Shown here: piece after piece, positions 1 to 9,552 of the stretch | Position numbering within the stretch: the stretch's first letter is position 1 | How the letters are laid out: each line of letters starts with the position of its first letter | NCBI GenBank assembly: GCA_038150265.1 | Contig: JAYOTF010000012.1 | Location: 1-45,153, forward strand | Reading direction: 5' to 3' | Source of the DNA: Deltaproteobacteria bacterium | Lineage (GTDB): Bacteria; SAR324; NAC60-12 | Length of the DNA stretch: 45,153 nucleotides | Translations under genes and position numbers: made by a program | The notes under the pieces: generated by a model | Database searches by the model: none | The model's input: only the letters and a program-made list of their open reading frames with translations | What the model was told of the DNA's origin: nothing

Positions 1-53
<53 letters not shown>

Positions 54-70
54 ACGGGAGCGCGCGCAGC

Positions 71-2782
71 TCAGTCAGCCGTCCGAAAAGGTGTGGCCCC
101 CTGTTCCTGAAACAGGAGGGACAGGGCGTCAAGGCGGTTCTGCAGCTGCATGTGGGTGGGGGACTCCGGCAGCGCCTCCAGGGCCGCCTGCAAGGAGCTC
201 ACGGTTTTCCGGACACGGGGGTTGGCAGGGAGGCTGGCCAGATCGAGGTACCGGTCCAGGCCCCGTGTGCGCCACACGGTTCCATCCTGGTGTGCCCCCC
301 AGCCAAACTGTTGGGCAAAGGCCACCTTGCTGCCTCCCTCAGCTTCCCACGCCTGAAGCACCTCCTGCGTGACCTTGACCAGCTCCTGGCGAGGAGGCCG
401 ACCCGTCTCCGGAACCTTCGGGCGCTCCGGACGGATCTCTGGGGGCGTCTCCCGGAGCAGGTGCGGCTCCAGGCGGGCGATGAGCTCTGGAAAATGGATG
501 GGTTTGGAAACGTAGTCGTTGGCCCCGCTTTCAAACACGCGTGTCACCTCACGTTCGCGGTGAAAGGAGGTCAGCAGGAGGATGGGGAGTTGGGAGAAGC
601 GCTCCAGCTTCCGGACGTGCTGACAGAGGGTGAACCCATCCATGCCTGGTAGCTGGGTTGCCATCAGGATGGCATCCGGATGCTGATCGGGAAAGCGCTC
701 CAGCTGCTGGAGCAACTCTGCTCCAGAGCCAAATCCATCCACCTGCACCTGCGCACGCTGAAACGCTTCCAGGCCACTCCAGAGCAGCATCTGGTCCTCA
801 TCCACCAGAAAAACGCGGAACCGTGGCGTTGGCAGAGGTTCCGGAGGAGCCACTTCACGCGAGGAGGCAGCCAGGGACATGAGGGAGAAGCCAATCCGCT
901 TTCCCCCGGGCGTGCCCTCACAGCGCAGCTCGCTCTGGTGCAACCGAGCCAGCTCCTGCGCCAGGCTCAGCCCTGCTGTGGCTTCCGGGCGGGCGCGGCT
1001 GTGCCGCTTCCCCGGTTGGAGCCACTGCTGAAACTCGGTTGCTGTTGGCACTGGCCCGCCATCCTGCACTCCAATCTGAACCCGCTCCCCCTCTAACCAC
1101 GCCTCCAGCAGCACCTCTCCTGCGACCGAGTGCTGAAGCGCATTGAGCGTCAACTCCTGAAGCAGTTGGTACACCTGGTGCGGGTCGGCCCAAACGGTGG
1201 GGAGGGACTCGGGGGCATCCAGCACCAGCAGGTGCCGGGACCGCGGCTCCAGGACCCGCAGGAGGTCTTCCAGAAGGGCTCTGAGCTGAAGAGGCTGAGG
1301 ATGACACGGAAGGGCCTTCTCTTGGGCCTGGGCATGCTGGAAAACGCGCTCCATCTGTTCAATCAGGCGCAAGCTGGCTTCCTGGGCCAACCGCACCCGA
1401 GAGGCCACCGTCTGGGGGAGGTCCCAGTTGCCCTCCTTCACACTCTGCAGCAGCGTGTTGACGCTCTGCAAGGGGGGAATCACCTGCTCTGCGAGGTGCC
1501 CCGTCACCTGCTCGTGGAGTTCGTCCGCCCCTCGGGCCTCCTGCCTGAGCCGTTCCCTCCACTTGCCCTCGTTCTTGAAGAGCGAATGCTCCCAGGTCCG
1601 CCGCACCAGCACCCAGTTGATGAGCAGCAGCTCCACCAACACGGCTCCCTGCAGCGGCAGGACGAAGTACCCGACCGACAACGCCGGGACACTGATGGAC
1701 ACCACAATGTACACGGACGCCAGGAGCGGGAGAGACCAGGCCAGCGTCAGGAGGGTCACCTCCGAGTGGGTCCGGTGGAACCGCCACCAGCAGGCCCCCA
1801 GCACGCCCACCGTCACCAGCTGAAGCGGAAGTATCAGCAGCTCCTCGGGGAAATGAGGCGCCCAGACCTCAAACCCACTCCAGAAGGCGACACTGCTGAC
1901 CAGCGTGAAGACCTGTGTGTACGTAATCAGGCGACTCGCCTGAGGCCACGTGTGCGGCAGCTGCAACGCGCGTTTCATGACCTCAATGCTCAGCACCAGC
2001 GGCAGCCCATTCACAAACACCAGGAGGGCCCCCGGATGCAGGGAGTCCCAGTGGATCAGGAAGGGAAACCCGTTGTAGTACAGAAAGAATCCGGCATGTG
2101 CCAACAGCTCGACCGCGTAGGTGGCATGCAGGGCGCCCTCTCTTCCACGCCACGCCAGCACCCCCTGCATCAACAGCATCAGGAACAGCAGGGTGTAAAA
2201 CACCCCAATCAGCAACTCCTGAAAGAGTTGATTCACAAAAAGGGCTTCAGGGGGCAACACATCCACCCAGGCAATGAGCGGGAGTGGGTCATTGTGCAAG
2301 CGCAGAAGAAGCGGTTGCGCGGGATCCGGATGCGGAGGAAGTTCAAGCAGCGGATAGAGGCTCAGGCCGCGAAACGGACCTGGAGGCCGGAGCAGCCCTG
2401 CTGGGAGCTGCTGAAGCTGCCCGGCTTCTCGCCAGTACAGGTCTGCCTCAAGCAGGAGCGGGATCTGAACCTCGAGAAACCAGGCGCCCAGGGTTCCCGC
2501 GTCTGAGGGAAGCAGGGTTCCATCCAGACTCAACCACCACGCCGATGTCCCTGACACGTCCACCAGCTGTGCCTCTGGAAGCGCCTGAAAGGCTCCTTGC
2601 TGCCAGGCCTGGTGCGCCTCCTGAAACGAAGCCTGCCCCGTTGGGTCTTCCCACACCTGCAGAGAGCTCAGCAGGCGTGCGGCGGCTGACTCGGCCGCCC
2701 AGAGGGCGCGTCCTTGTCCTCCACTCATCAGGATGAGCAGCAGCAAACTGCCCACAGCGACAAACCGGGAAACCAATGTCAT
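71..2782 (-). CDS. Membrane sensor: 7TM-DISM extracellular/7TM domains, degenerate HisKA-HATPase, atypical REC, C-terminal ChiS-like DNA-binding domain (~903 aa)
   Basis: Likely start MTLVSRF at 2782 (TGATG overlap with the upstream stop), then a signal peptide, DISMED2-like 'LQVWEDPTG...WWL', hydrophobic helices, 'VWADPHQVYQLLQELTLNALQH', 'VQDGG', REC 'LVDED...GANDYVSKP', and C-terminal 'SKVAFAQQFGW...RTRGLDRYL...LPANPR'. Confidence 0.85.
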   Translation of the reverse strand: MTLVSRFVAVGSLLLLILMSGGQGRALWAAESAAARLLSSLQVWEDPTGQASFQEAHQAWQQGAFQALPEAQLVDVSGTSAWWLSLDGTLLPSDAGTLGAWFLEVQIPLLLEADLYWREAGQLQQLPAGLLRPPGPFRGLSLYPLLELPPHPDPAQPLLLRLHNDPLPLIAWVDVLPPEALFVNQLFQELLIGVFYTLLFLMLLMQGVLAWRGREGALHATYAVELLAHAGFFLYYNGFPFLIHWDSLHPGALLVFVNGLPLVLSIEVMKRALQLPHTWPQASRLITYTQVFTLVSSVAFWSGFEVWAPHFPEELLILPLQLVTVGVLGACWWRFHRTHSEVTLLTLAWSLPLLASVYIVVSISVPALSVGYFVLPLQGAVLVELLLINWVLVRRTWEHSLFKNEGKWRERLRQEARGADELHEQVTGHLAEQVIPPLQSVNTLLQSVKEGNWDLPQTVASRVRLAQEASLRLIEQMERVFQHAQAQEKALPCHPQPLQLRALLEDLLRVLEPRSRHLLVLDAPESLPTVWADPHQVYQLLQELTLNALQHSVAGEVLLEAWLEGERVQIGVQDGGPVPTATEFQQWLQPGKRHSRARPEATAGLSLAQELARLHQSELRCEGTPGGKRIGFSLMSLAASSREVAPPEPLPTPRFRVFLVDEDQMLLWSGLEAFQRAQVQVDGFGSGAELLQQLERFPDQHPDAILMATQLPGMDGFTLCQHVRKLERFSQLPILLLTSFHREREVTRVFESGANDYVSKPIHFPELIARLEPHLLRETPPEIRPERPKVPETGRPPRQELVKVTQEVLQAWEAEGGSKVAFAQQFGWGAHQDGTVWRTRGLDRYLDLASLPANPRVRKTVSSLQAALEALPESPTHMQLQNRLDALSLLFQEQGATPFRTAD

Positions 2783-5433
2783 CAAAAACCAGAAGGAGGA
2801 AAGGGGTGGGGCAAAGAGGCCTCGGGAGCTTCCTGAAGCAGCGCCTCCAGACGTTGCTGCAGGGCGTGCTGCTGAGGGCTTTCGGGGACTTCGCTGAGGG
2901 CCTGCTGAACCGAGTGGGTGACCTTGCTCAGGCGCACACGCTGAGGCAGTTTCTGAGCATCCAGGTACTGGTCCAGCCCTCGGGTGCGCCAGGTGTCTCC
3001 CTCCAGATGCGCCCCCCAGCCTGTTGCCTCGGCAAAGTCCGCTTTCGACTTTCCGGTGGTCCGCATGTAGAGCTGCAGCGTCTCCCGCAGCAATGCCGTC
3101 AGGTCCTCGCGCCACTGCCGCTCAGCGGCTCCCATGGGCTCCGGCGCCTCCTCACTCTGCAGGTGCGCCTGAAGCCGCTCCAGCAGTTCGCTCTGAGTGA
3201 AGGGTTTCACCAAAAGATCACCCACCGCGTCAGGGGCCGCCAACGCTCCGGATTCCAGTTGAGGGGCCACCGTCATCAGAATGACGGGTAACCGGGCCAG
3301 GTGTTCCTGAATCCACTGATACAGCTCCTCTGCCCCGGGCATTTGCTGATCCAGGAGGATCACATCAAAATGAGTGGCTCCGGCTGCCAGCAAGGACCGC
3401 GTCTCGGCAGCAGACGTCAGCACCGTCGGTTGGATGGACGCGTTGAGCAGCGTCTCAGATAACGCAAACAGGCTGGCTGGTTCGTCATCAACCAGCAGCG
3501 CCTGGTAGCGGAGAGGCTCCTCAGCTGAAGGCGAATGAGCGGCCTGCGGAGGCTCCTCAACTGTGAAACACGGCAGCTCAAACCCCCAACGCTCCTCGTC
3601 TGGAGCCCCCGTCACTTGCAGCTCATACCCTTGCTCGGCCAGCTGCCTCCGGATTGGCGCCAGACGATCTGCAGCGCCCGACTCTGAGGCCTCAAGCCCT
3701 TCAGCAGAGTGGTTGTTCTCCGACAACCGAGGTCCGGAGCAGTGGACGACAATCTGAACATGAGCCTCCTGAACCTCGACCTTCAGCTCCGTCACACCTC
3801 CCTGGGTCTGTCTCAACCCGTACTCCAGCAGCTTCTGCACAGCAGTTGTCAAATGCATCGGATCCGCCCAAACCGCAGGCAGCTCAGGAGGGATGTCTGC
3901 CACCAGAACCTGATTGAGCGGCTGGCCGGCCTCCACCCGCTGCATCGCTTCCTCCAGACACGGCTGAAGCATGACCCGGACCGGTTGCGCAAGGGCGCCC
4001 TCTCCCTTGGCCTGCTTCAGAAAGGTCCCCAGGACTCGCATCAAGCGGGCGCTGCTCTTCCGGACCTGTGAGAGGCGCTCTCGGGTGTGAGGCGGCAACT
4101 GGGGGTCTTGAAGGACGGTTTCCAGCATCAAGTGGCTGCCCTGCAGGGGGCGCATCCAGTCTGAAGCCACGCTGCCATAGAAGTGATCCTTCAGCCGCTC
4201 CAGCTCCCGGACATGCGTCCGCACCTGCTGCTCGGCCTCGAGCTGCTGCTGTCGCAGGTGACGGAAGCGGTCGACCAGCCCTCCGGAAAGTAGGAGGAAC
4301 AGCACCAGCAACCCTCCCAGCGCATACCAGTCGGAGTTCGGAGAGCGCGGGATCCAGTTCAGGCTTTCCAGGCTGATCAACGCAAAGCCAATCAGCGGTG
4401 CCAGGGCCCCGGCAAACAGGTAGTTGGCTGAAGGGATCCCCCGGTACGCCCCAAACGCTGACACCGCAATCAGGGCAAAGCTGGTGACCAGCGCATAGTA
4501 GATCCGGAACTGAAAGTACACCCGCATCCCCTCGGCCTCCAGCCCCAGCGGCAAGAACGCCATCACCCCGGCAATCGCTGCCAGCCCCCCCATCAGGTAA
4601 TACGCGCTCACCAGGTGCCGCCTCAGGTTGAGGAACACGTTAAAGAACAGGAGGGCCAACAGGCTACTCAGGGCTCCTGAGGTGGGAGACACCATCAGGA
4701 TCCACTCCTGAAGGTGCGGGTCCACCTCCAGCATCAGGTTCCCCCGGGCAAAGTAGATCAGGTACGTGATCAGGAAGAGGCTGTAGCAGAGAAAGCTCAC
4801 GTCCTCTCCTCCCCGAAAGAGCAGCAGGCTCTGGAGCGCCAAAAACAGGCTCACCCCCATGAACAGGCCCACCACCCAGCGCTCCGCCAGGCTTTCTTGC
4901 TGCAGCACACGCGGCTCCATGGCCACTAACGGAAAGCTCACGGCATTGACCGACTGCACCCGCCAGTGCAGCAGACGCGCCTCGCCCGGCTGCAACGTGA
5001 CCGCAAAGACCGGGACCCAGTAGGGCAGGGTCCGTTGGGAAACCGGGACAAAGCTTCCGGACCGCTCCACCGTTCCGGCCTGATCTGAGAACGGGTAGAA
5101 GTCCACCTGGTTGGTGTAGTAGTTATTGATCACCAGCCAGCGTTCCAAAGGAGCCTCTCCCGAATGATGCACCTGCACCCGGAACCAGTAGGTGGACCCG
5201 GAAAACCCGAGGTTGCCCAGAGGAGTGGGAGCCGGGGTGAACTTCTCTGTCCACTCAGGGCTCTGGACATCGGCCAGGGTCAGGGTTCCTTGCGGATCCT
5301 CCAGCACCTCCAGGTAGCCGTTCAGTTCCTGCCGGGGAAGGAACGCCTCCAGTTCAACAGCTCCCGCGTGAGCAGGGCTCAACAGGGCCCACCACAGCAC
5401 AAGCAGCCCGCTCCAGATGCCGCCTATTCGCAT
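2782..5433 (-). CDS. Paralogous membrane sensor: 7TM-DISM, degenerate histidine kinase core, REC, ChiS-like DNA-binding domain (~883 aa)
   Basis: Likely start MRIGGIW at 5433 with a signal peptide; DISMED2 motifs 'LEVLEDPQGTLTLADV' and 'NLGFSGSTYWFR'; 7TM region; 'VWADPMHL'; REC 'LLVDDEP...DVILLDQQMP...KPF'; C-terminal 'GKSKADFAEATGW...RTRGLDQYL...LPQRVR'. Confidence 0.88.
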   Translation of the reverse strand: MRIGGIWSGLLVLWWALLSPAHAGAVELEAFLPRQELNGYLEVLEDPQGTLTLADVQSPEWTEKFTPAPTPLGNLGFSGSTYWFRVQVHHSGEAPLERWLVINNYYTNQVDFYPFSDQAGTVERSGSFVPVSQRTLPYWVPVFAVTLQPGEARLLHWRVQSVNAVSFPLVAMEPRVLQQESLAERWVVGLFMGVSLFLALQSLLLFRGGEDVSFLCYSLFLITYLIYFARGNLMLEVDPHLQEWILMVSPTSGALSSLLALLFFNVFLNLRRHLVSAYYLMGGLAAIAGVMAFLPLGLEAEGMRVYFQFRIYYALVTSFALIAVSAFGAYRGIPSANYLFAGALAPLIGFALISLESLNWIPRSPNSDWYALGGLLVLFLLLSGGLVDRFRHLRQQQLEAEQQVRTHVRELERLKDHFYGSVASDWMRPLQGSHLMLETVLQDPQLPPHTRERLSQVRKSSARLMRVLGTFLKQAKGEGALAQPVRVMLQPCLEEAMQRVEAGQPLNQVLVADIPPELPAVWADPMHLTTAVQKLLEYGLRQTQGGVTELKVEVQEAHVQIVVHCSGPRLSENNHSAEGLEASESGAADRLAPIRRQLAEQGYELQVTGAPDEERWGFELPCFTVEEPPQAAHSPSAEEPLRYQALLVDDEPASLFALSETLLNASIQPTVLTSAAETRSLLAAGATHFDVILLDQQMPGAEELYQWIQEHLARLPVILMTVAPQLESGALAAPDAVGDLLVKPFTQSELLERLQAHLQSEEAPEPMGAAERQWREDLTALLRETLQLYMRTTGKSKADFAEATGWGAHLEGDTWRTRGLDQYLDAQKLPQRVRLSKVTHSVQQALSEVPESPQQHALQQRLEALLQEAPEASLPHPFPPSGF

Positions 5434-5486
5434 GGCAGAGTCAGCCTCAACGTTCCAGAATTCATGGGAAACAGCAGACTCCCGGC

Positions 5487-7280
5487 TCAGTGATTGTCGC
5501 GGGGAAGCCCCTTCGTTTGCGCGAGGCGCTGGTACTTCACCGATGGCTTGAGGACCATGCCGGCTGCGAGTTGGTCCACACACCCGCGCTGCAGTTCCTG
5601 CCAGGGCGTTTGTGAGTCCGGATAGGCATACCCGCCTTGTGCGTCCAGGGCATCACGACGGCGTTGGAGTTCCTCCGGACGCACCAACAGGTCCACGCGT
5701 CCAGCCGCCAGGTCGACGCGAACCCGGTCTCCGGTTTCCAGAATCGCCAGCCCTCCCCCGACCGCAGCCTCCGGAGAGGCATTGAGGATCGAGGGCGACC
5801 CGGAGGTTCCGGACTGCCGCCCATCTCCCACGCATGGCAGCTCCGTGACGCCTTGCTTGAGGAGGTAGTCCGGTGCCCGCATGTTGACCACTTCTGCAGC
5901 CCCCGGATACCCGATCGGTCCGGTGCCCCGCATGAAGAGGATGCAGTGGGCGTCGACCTCCAGGGTGGGGTCATCAATGCGGGCGTGGTAGTCCTCGGGT
6001 CCATCAAAAACCACTGCTCGCCCTTCAAAGGCGTTCGGGTCCTCGGGGTTGGAGAGGTACTGCTGGCGGAAGGCGTCTGACAGGACCGACGTCTTCAGGA
6101 TGGCCGCCTCAAAGAGGTTCCCCCGCATCACCTTGAACCCTGCCGCTGCCTGCAGAGCGGTCTCAAAGGTACGGATGACGTCCGGATCCTCGGCCACTCG
6201 TCCTCGGCAGTTGTCCCCGATCGTCTGTCCGTTGACCGTCTGGGCGGCTTCGTGAATGCGCCCGTGCCGCATCAACTCAGCGACCACCACGGGGACTCCG
6301 CCGGCATGGTGGTAGTCTTCTCCCAGGTACGTGCCTGCAGGTTGGAGGTTGACGAGGAGCGGGAGGTCCTGGCCAACGCGTTCCCAGTCCTCCAGCGTCA
6401 GGTCCACCCCCATGTGCCGGGCAATGGCGTTCAGGTGAATGGGGGCATTGGTGGAGCCTCCAATGGCGGTATTGACGGCAATGGCGTTCTCAAACGCTTC
6501 CCTGGTGAGGATGTCCGATGGCTTCAGGTCTTCCTGCACCATCGCCACAATGCGCTTCCCGGTTGCATAAGCCATCTGGGCCCGCTCGCGGTAAGGCGCC
6601 GGAATGGAGGCACACCCCGGCAGAGACATGCCCAGGGCTTCTGCCAGCGAGTTCATGGTGGTCGCGGTGCCCATGGTGTTGCAGTAGCCCGGAGAGGGGG
6701 CGGACGAGGCCACCAGCTCCACAAACCCGGCATAGTCAATTTCACCACGCGCCATCATCTCACGGGCTTTCCAGATGATGGTGCCGGAGCCCGTTCGCTC
6801 GCCCTTGAACCACCCGTTGAGCATGGGGCCGCCAGAGAGCACAATGGCTGGCAGGTTCACCGTCGCAGCCGCCATCAGGCACGCGGGTGTCGTCTTGTCG
6901 CACCCCACGGTCAGGACCACTCCGTCCAGAGGGTACCCATAAAGCACCTCCACCAGCCCGAGGTAGGCGAGGTTCCGGTCCAGCGACGCCGTGGGCCGCT
7001 TCCCGGTTTCCTGAATCGGATGCACCGGAAACTCAATGGCAATGCCCCCTGCCTCCCGGATGCCCTCGCGGACCCGCTTTGCCAGCTCCAGATGCGGGCG
7101 GTTGCACGGTGACAGGTCCGAGCCTGTCTGGGCGATGCCGATGATGGGTTTGCCGGACTGAAGCTCCTCGCGCGTCAGTCCATAGTTGAGGTAGCGCTCC
7201 AGGTAGAGCGCCGTCATGTCCGGGTTGTCCGGATTGTCAAACCACGCCCGAGAGCGCAGCGGTGTGGGTTCTGTTGCCAT
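5487..7280 (-). CDS. IlvD/Edd family dehydratase, XylD-like (pentonate/sugar-acid dehydratase)
   Basis: N-terminal '[22 protein letters not shown]' typical of the Caulobacter XylD group; 'PCN', 'GCDKTTP', 'CNTMGTA', 'GGSTN', 'DGRQSGTS'. Confidence 0.93.
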   Translation of the reverse strand: MATEPTPLRSRAWFDNPDNPDMTALYLERYLNYGLTREELQSGKPIIGIAQTGSDLSPCNRPHLELAKRVREGIREAGGIAIEFPVHPIQETGKRPTASLDRNLAYLGLVEVLYGYPLDGVVLTVGCDKTTPACLMAAATVNLPAIVLSGGPMLNGWFKGERTGSGTIIWKAREMMARGEIDYAGFVELVASSAPSPGYCNTMGTATTMNSLAEALGMSLPGCASIPAPYRERAQMAYATGKRIVAMVQEDLKPSDILTREAFENAIAVNTAIGGSTNAPIHLNAIARHMGVDLTLEDWERVGQDLPLLVNLQPAGTYLGEDYHHAGGVPVVVAELMRHGRIHEAAQTVNGQTIGDNCRGRVAEDPDVIRTFETALQAAAGFKVMRGNLFEAAILKTSVLSDAFRQQYLSNPEDPNAFEGRAVVFDGPEDYHARIDDPTLEVDAHCILFMRGTGPIGYPGAAEVVNMRAPDYLLKQGVTELPCVGDGRQSGTSGSPSILNASPEAAVGGGLAILETGDRVRVDLAAGRVDLLVRPEELQRRRDALDAQGGYAYPDSQTPWQELQRGCVDQLAAGMVLKPSVKYQRLAQTKGLPRDNH

Positions 7281-7314
7281 GGGGGCCTTTCAGAGACGGG
7301 TCAGGGAGGTGGGG

Positions 7315-7944
7315 TCACTTGGTGCCAAAGATGCGGTCACCGGCGTCACCGAGTCCGGGGAGGATGTAGGCATGGTCGTTGAGGCACCGGTCCACTGCCG
7401 CCGTGTAGATCGGCACATCCGGATGCACCTCGTGGAAGTGGGCGATCCCTTCAGGAGCGGCCAGCAGGGAGACAAAGCGGATGTCGCGAGCGCCCTTCTC
7501 CTTCAAACGGGCCACCGCTGCCGCTGAGGAGTGCCCGGTCGCCAGCATGGGATCCAGCGCCAGCACCAGTCGCTGATTGATCAGGTCCGGAAGCTTGAGG
7601 TAATACTCCACGGCCTGCAGGGTCTGCGGATCCCGGTACAGCCCAATGTGTCCGACCCGTGCGGACGGAATCATCTCCAGAAACCCTTCCAGCAGGCCAA
7701 TCCCCGCCCGGAGGATCGGGACCAGGCACAGCTTCTTGCCCTCCAGAAAGGGCGCCTGCATCGTCTCCAGCGGCGTCTGAATCTCTTCTGTATGAGTCGG
7801 CAGGTCCTTGGTCACTTCATACGCCATCAGCATCCCCACCTCCCGGGCCAGGCCCCGGAAGCTTTTGGTGGAGGTGTCCTGCATGCGCATCAGGGAGAGC
7901 TTGTGCTGCACCAGTGGGTGCTGAATTTCGTAAAGTTCTTTCAT
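7315..7944 (-). CDS. upp: Uracil phosphoribosyltransferase (209 aa)
   Basis: Start [10 protein letters not shown] at 7944; 'VPILRAG', PRPP motif '[10 protein letters not shown]', '[17 protein letters not shown]'. Confidence 0.97.
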   Translation of the reverse strand: MKELYEIQHPLVQHKLSLMRMQDTSTKSFRGLAREVGMLMAYEVTKDLPTHTEEIQTPLETMQAPFLEGKKLCLVPILRAGIGLLEGFLEMIPSARVGHIGLYRDPQTLQAVEYYLKLPDLINQRLVLALDPMLATGHSSAAAVARLKEKGARDIRFVSLLAAPEGIAHFHEVHPDVPIYTAAVDRCLNDHAYILPGLGDAGDRIFGTK

Positions 7945-8146
7945 AGGGGCCTCTTCTGCAACAAAACGCCGTCCGGATTCAGTGGCCGCAACGGCAAGGG
8001 TCAAAAAACGACGGAGAGTGTACACGATGTTGCGAGGAAGCACGAGCGGGGAAGGCGTCTTGGCCGGGAAGTCCGGCCGGAGCCTGGAGGCTCCAGTAGC
8101 AGGAGGGGGAAAAGGGCTCAGGCCTTCAGTGGCAGGGAGGCAGGTG

Positions 8147-8899
8147 TCAGGTGTTTTTGCGAGCCAGGTAGAACCCGTAACTGTAGAACGCCTTGAAGCG
8201 TTCATACAGCGCCACTTCCGACTCTTCGGCGTCCACAATCGCCTGAGCCGCTGCCGAGTGGCCGTTCCGGCTCAGGAAGGCCTGGAGGCGGGCCTGCATC
8301 GGGGTGTAGTAGTGATCCTTCCAGCACGCCTCCGGAAGCATCAGGTACCCGATGGGCGTGTAGCCCGCTTCTTCCAGCACCCGCATTTTCGCAGAGGCGG
8401 TGCCGACCTCCGGATACTCGGCCTCCCAGTGCTGCTGCAGTTCGGCAGGGCGCTCATGGGTCGTCCAGCTGAGCTCCGAAACGGCCAGCAGGCCACCGGG
8501 TTTCAGGAAGCGGCGCCACTGCGTGACTCCGGCCTGGAAGCCGATGTGGTAAATGGCTCCTTCTGACCAGATGCCGTCAAGGGACGCGTCTTCGAGGGGC
8601 AGGTCGTCCATGGACGCACAGAGCGGTGTGATCGCCTCCGCCACTCCCGCCTCTGTGGCCCGGGTGGTCAAGCGCTCCAAAAATTCGGGAAGGAGGTCCA
8701 CTGCGGTGATGTGAGCCCGGAGCTGACGAGCCAGCACCAGCGTGGAGGCGCCGGTGCCACACCCAATGTCGGCCAGCGCCAGGGGCGTGTGTGGGTCCCA
8801 GCCAGCCAGGGACAGGGCCTGTTCCGTCACAGCGTTGCTTCCGGGGCCTTGACGATCCCCATCCCGATGCAGATCCATCAGGAGTTCCAGTTCATTCAT
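8147..8899 (-). CDS. Class I SAM-dependent methyltransferase
   Basis: 'RQGPGS', motif I 'ADIGCGTG', 'AVDL', '[10 protein letters not shown]', 'LKPGG'. Confidence 0.92.
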   Translation of the reverse strand: MNELELLMDLHRDGDRQGPGSNAVTEQALSLAGWDPHTPLALADIGCGTGASTLVLARQLRAHITAVDLLPEFLERLTTRATEAGVAEAITPLCASMDDLPLEDASLDGIWSEGAIYHIGFQAGVTQWRRFLKPGGLLAVSELSWTTHERPAELQQHWEAEYPEVGTASAKMRVLEEAGYTPIGYLMLPEACWKDHYYTPMQARLQAFLSRNGHSAAAQAIVDAEESEVALYERFKAFYSYGFYLARKNT

Positions 8900-9030
8900 G
8901 GGCGGTTTCCAGTATCAGAAGGGCAGGCGTCCCGAACCAAAGGGGTTCCGGACCACAAGGGACGTGTGAGGCTGCTCAGCATGACGCCCCCGGTTCGGGA
9001 GATCAAGAGGAAAGGGGCGCCTGGGGCTCT

Positions 9031-9552
9031 TCAGAAAACCGTCTGCTGTGGTTCCTCCGGAGAAAGGATTTGCTGGTCTCGCTCCACCACCTGCCCCTCC
9101 TGAGAGCGGGTGGCCGTTAACGTCAGCGTTGCCGAATCGTCCGTCCAGAGATGAGAGGTCAGTGTCACCGACTGAACCGGCCCCGGAAATTCTGCCACCG
9201 CCAAAATCACCCACTCGGTCCCCTCCTGCGGAGTGCCTTGAGCGGGAAGAATTTCCATCCACCTGGCTTCCCTCCCGTCGCTCTGCAACTCAATTCCTGC
9301 TTGAAACACCTGCTTGAGGTGCGTCAGAGCAACTCGCTTGCGGGCCCGGGCCTCTGCGTTTTCCGGAAGAAACAGCGCCTGGGGCAACGAGAGCGCCAGG
9401 TAAGCGGTGGTGCCGATCAGGTTAAGGGTGCCGTGCCCCTGCTGAAGCAAATGAGCGGAGGCCTCCGGAGGCGTCCCCCAGACCAGCAGCAGGGTGAGCA
9501 GCACGGCGGCCAGGCATGTTCTTCTCTGTTGAGCGTTACGAAGGAGACGCAT
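9031..9552 (-). CDS. Exported hypothetical protein (~173 aa), partner of the YHYH protein
   Basis: ATG at 9552 overlaps the YHYH stop (TGATG); signal peptide ending ASA-H; mature N-terminus 'HLLQQGHGTLNLIG'. Confidence 0.7.
   Translation of the reverse strand: MRLLRNAQQRRTCLAAVLLTLLLVWGTPPEASAHLLQQGHGTLNLIGTTAYLALSLPQALFLPENAEARARKRVALTHLKQVFQAGIELQSDGREARWMEILPAQGTPQEGTEWVILAVAEFPGPVQSVTLTSHLWTDDSATLTLTATRSQEGQVVERDQQILSPEEPQQTVF

Noticed and set aside
2783..3115. N-terminal extensions in the ORF track (also upp, nuoB, can, yhbY, DtxR, second caspase)
   Set aside because: Most overlap neighbouring genes. Downstream ATGs give signal peptides or family-typical starts, often with stop/start overlaps.
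7945..8146. 200-nt intergenic region upstream of upp as a possible ncRNA or riboswitch
   Set aside because: No tRNA, PyrR-binding or riboswitch consensus recognised by eye. An Rfam scan would be needed.
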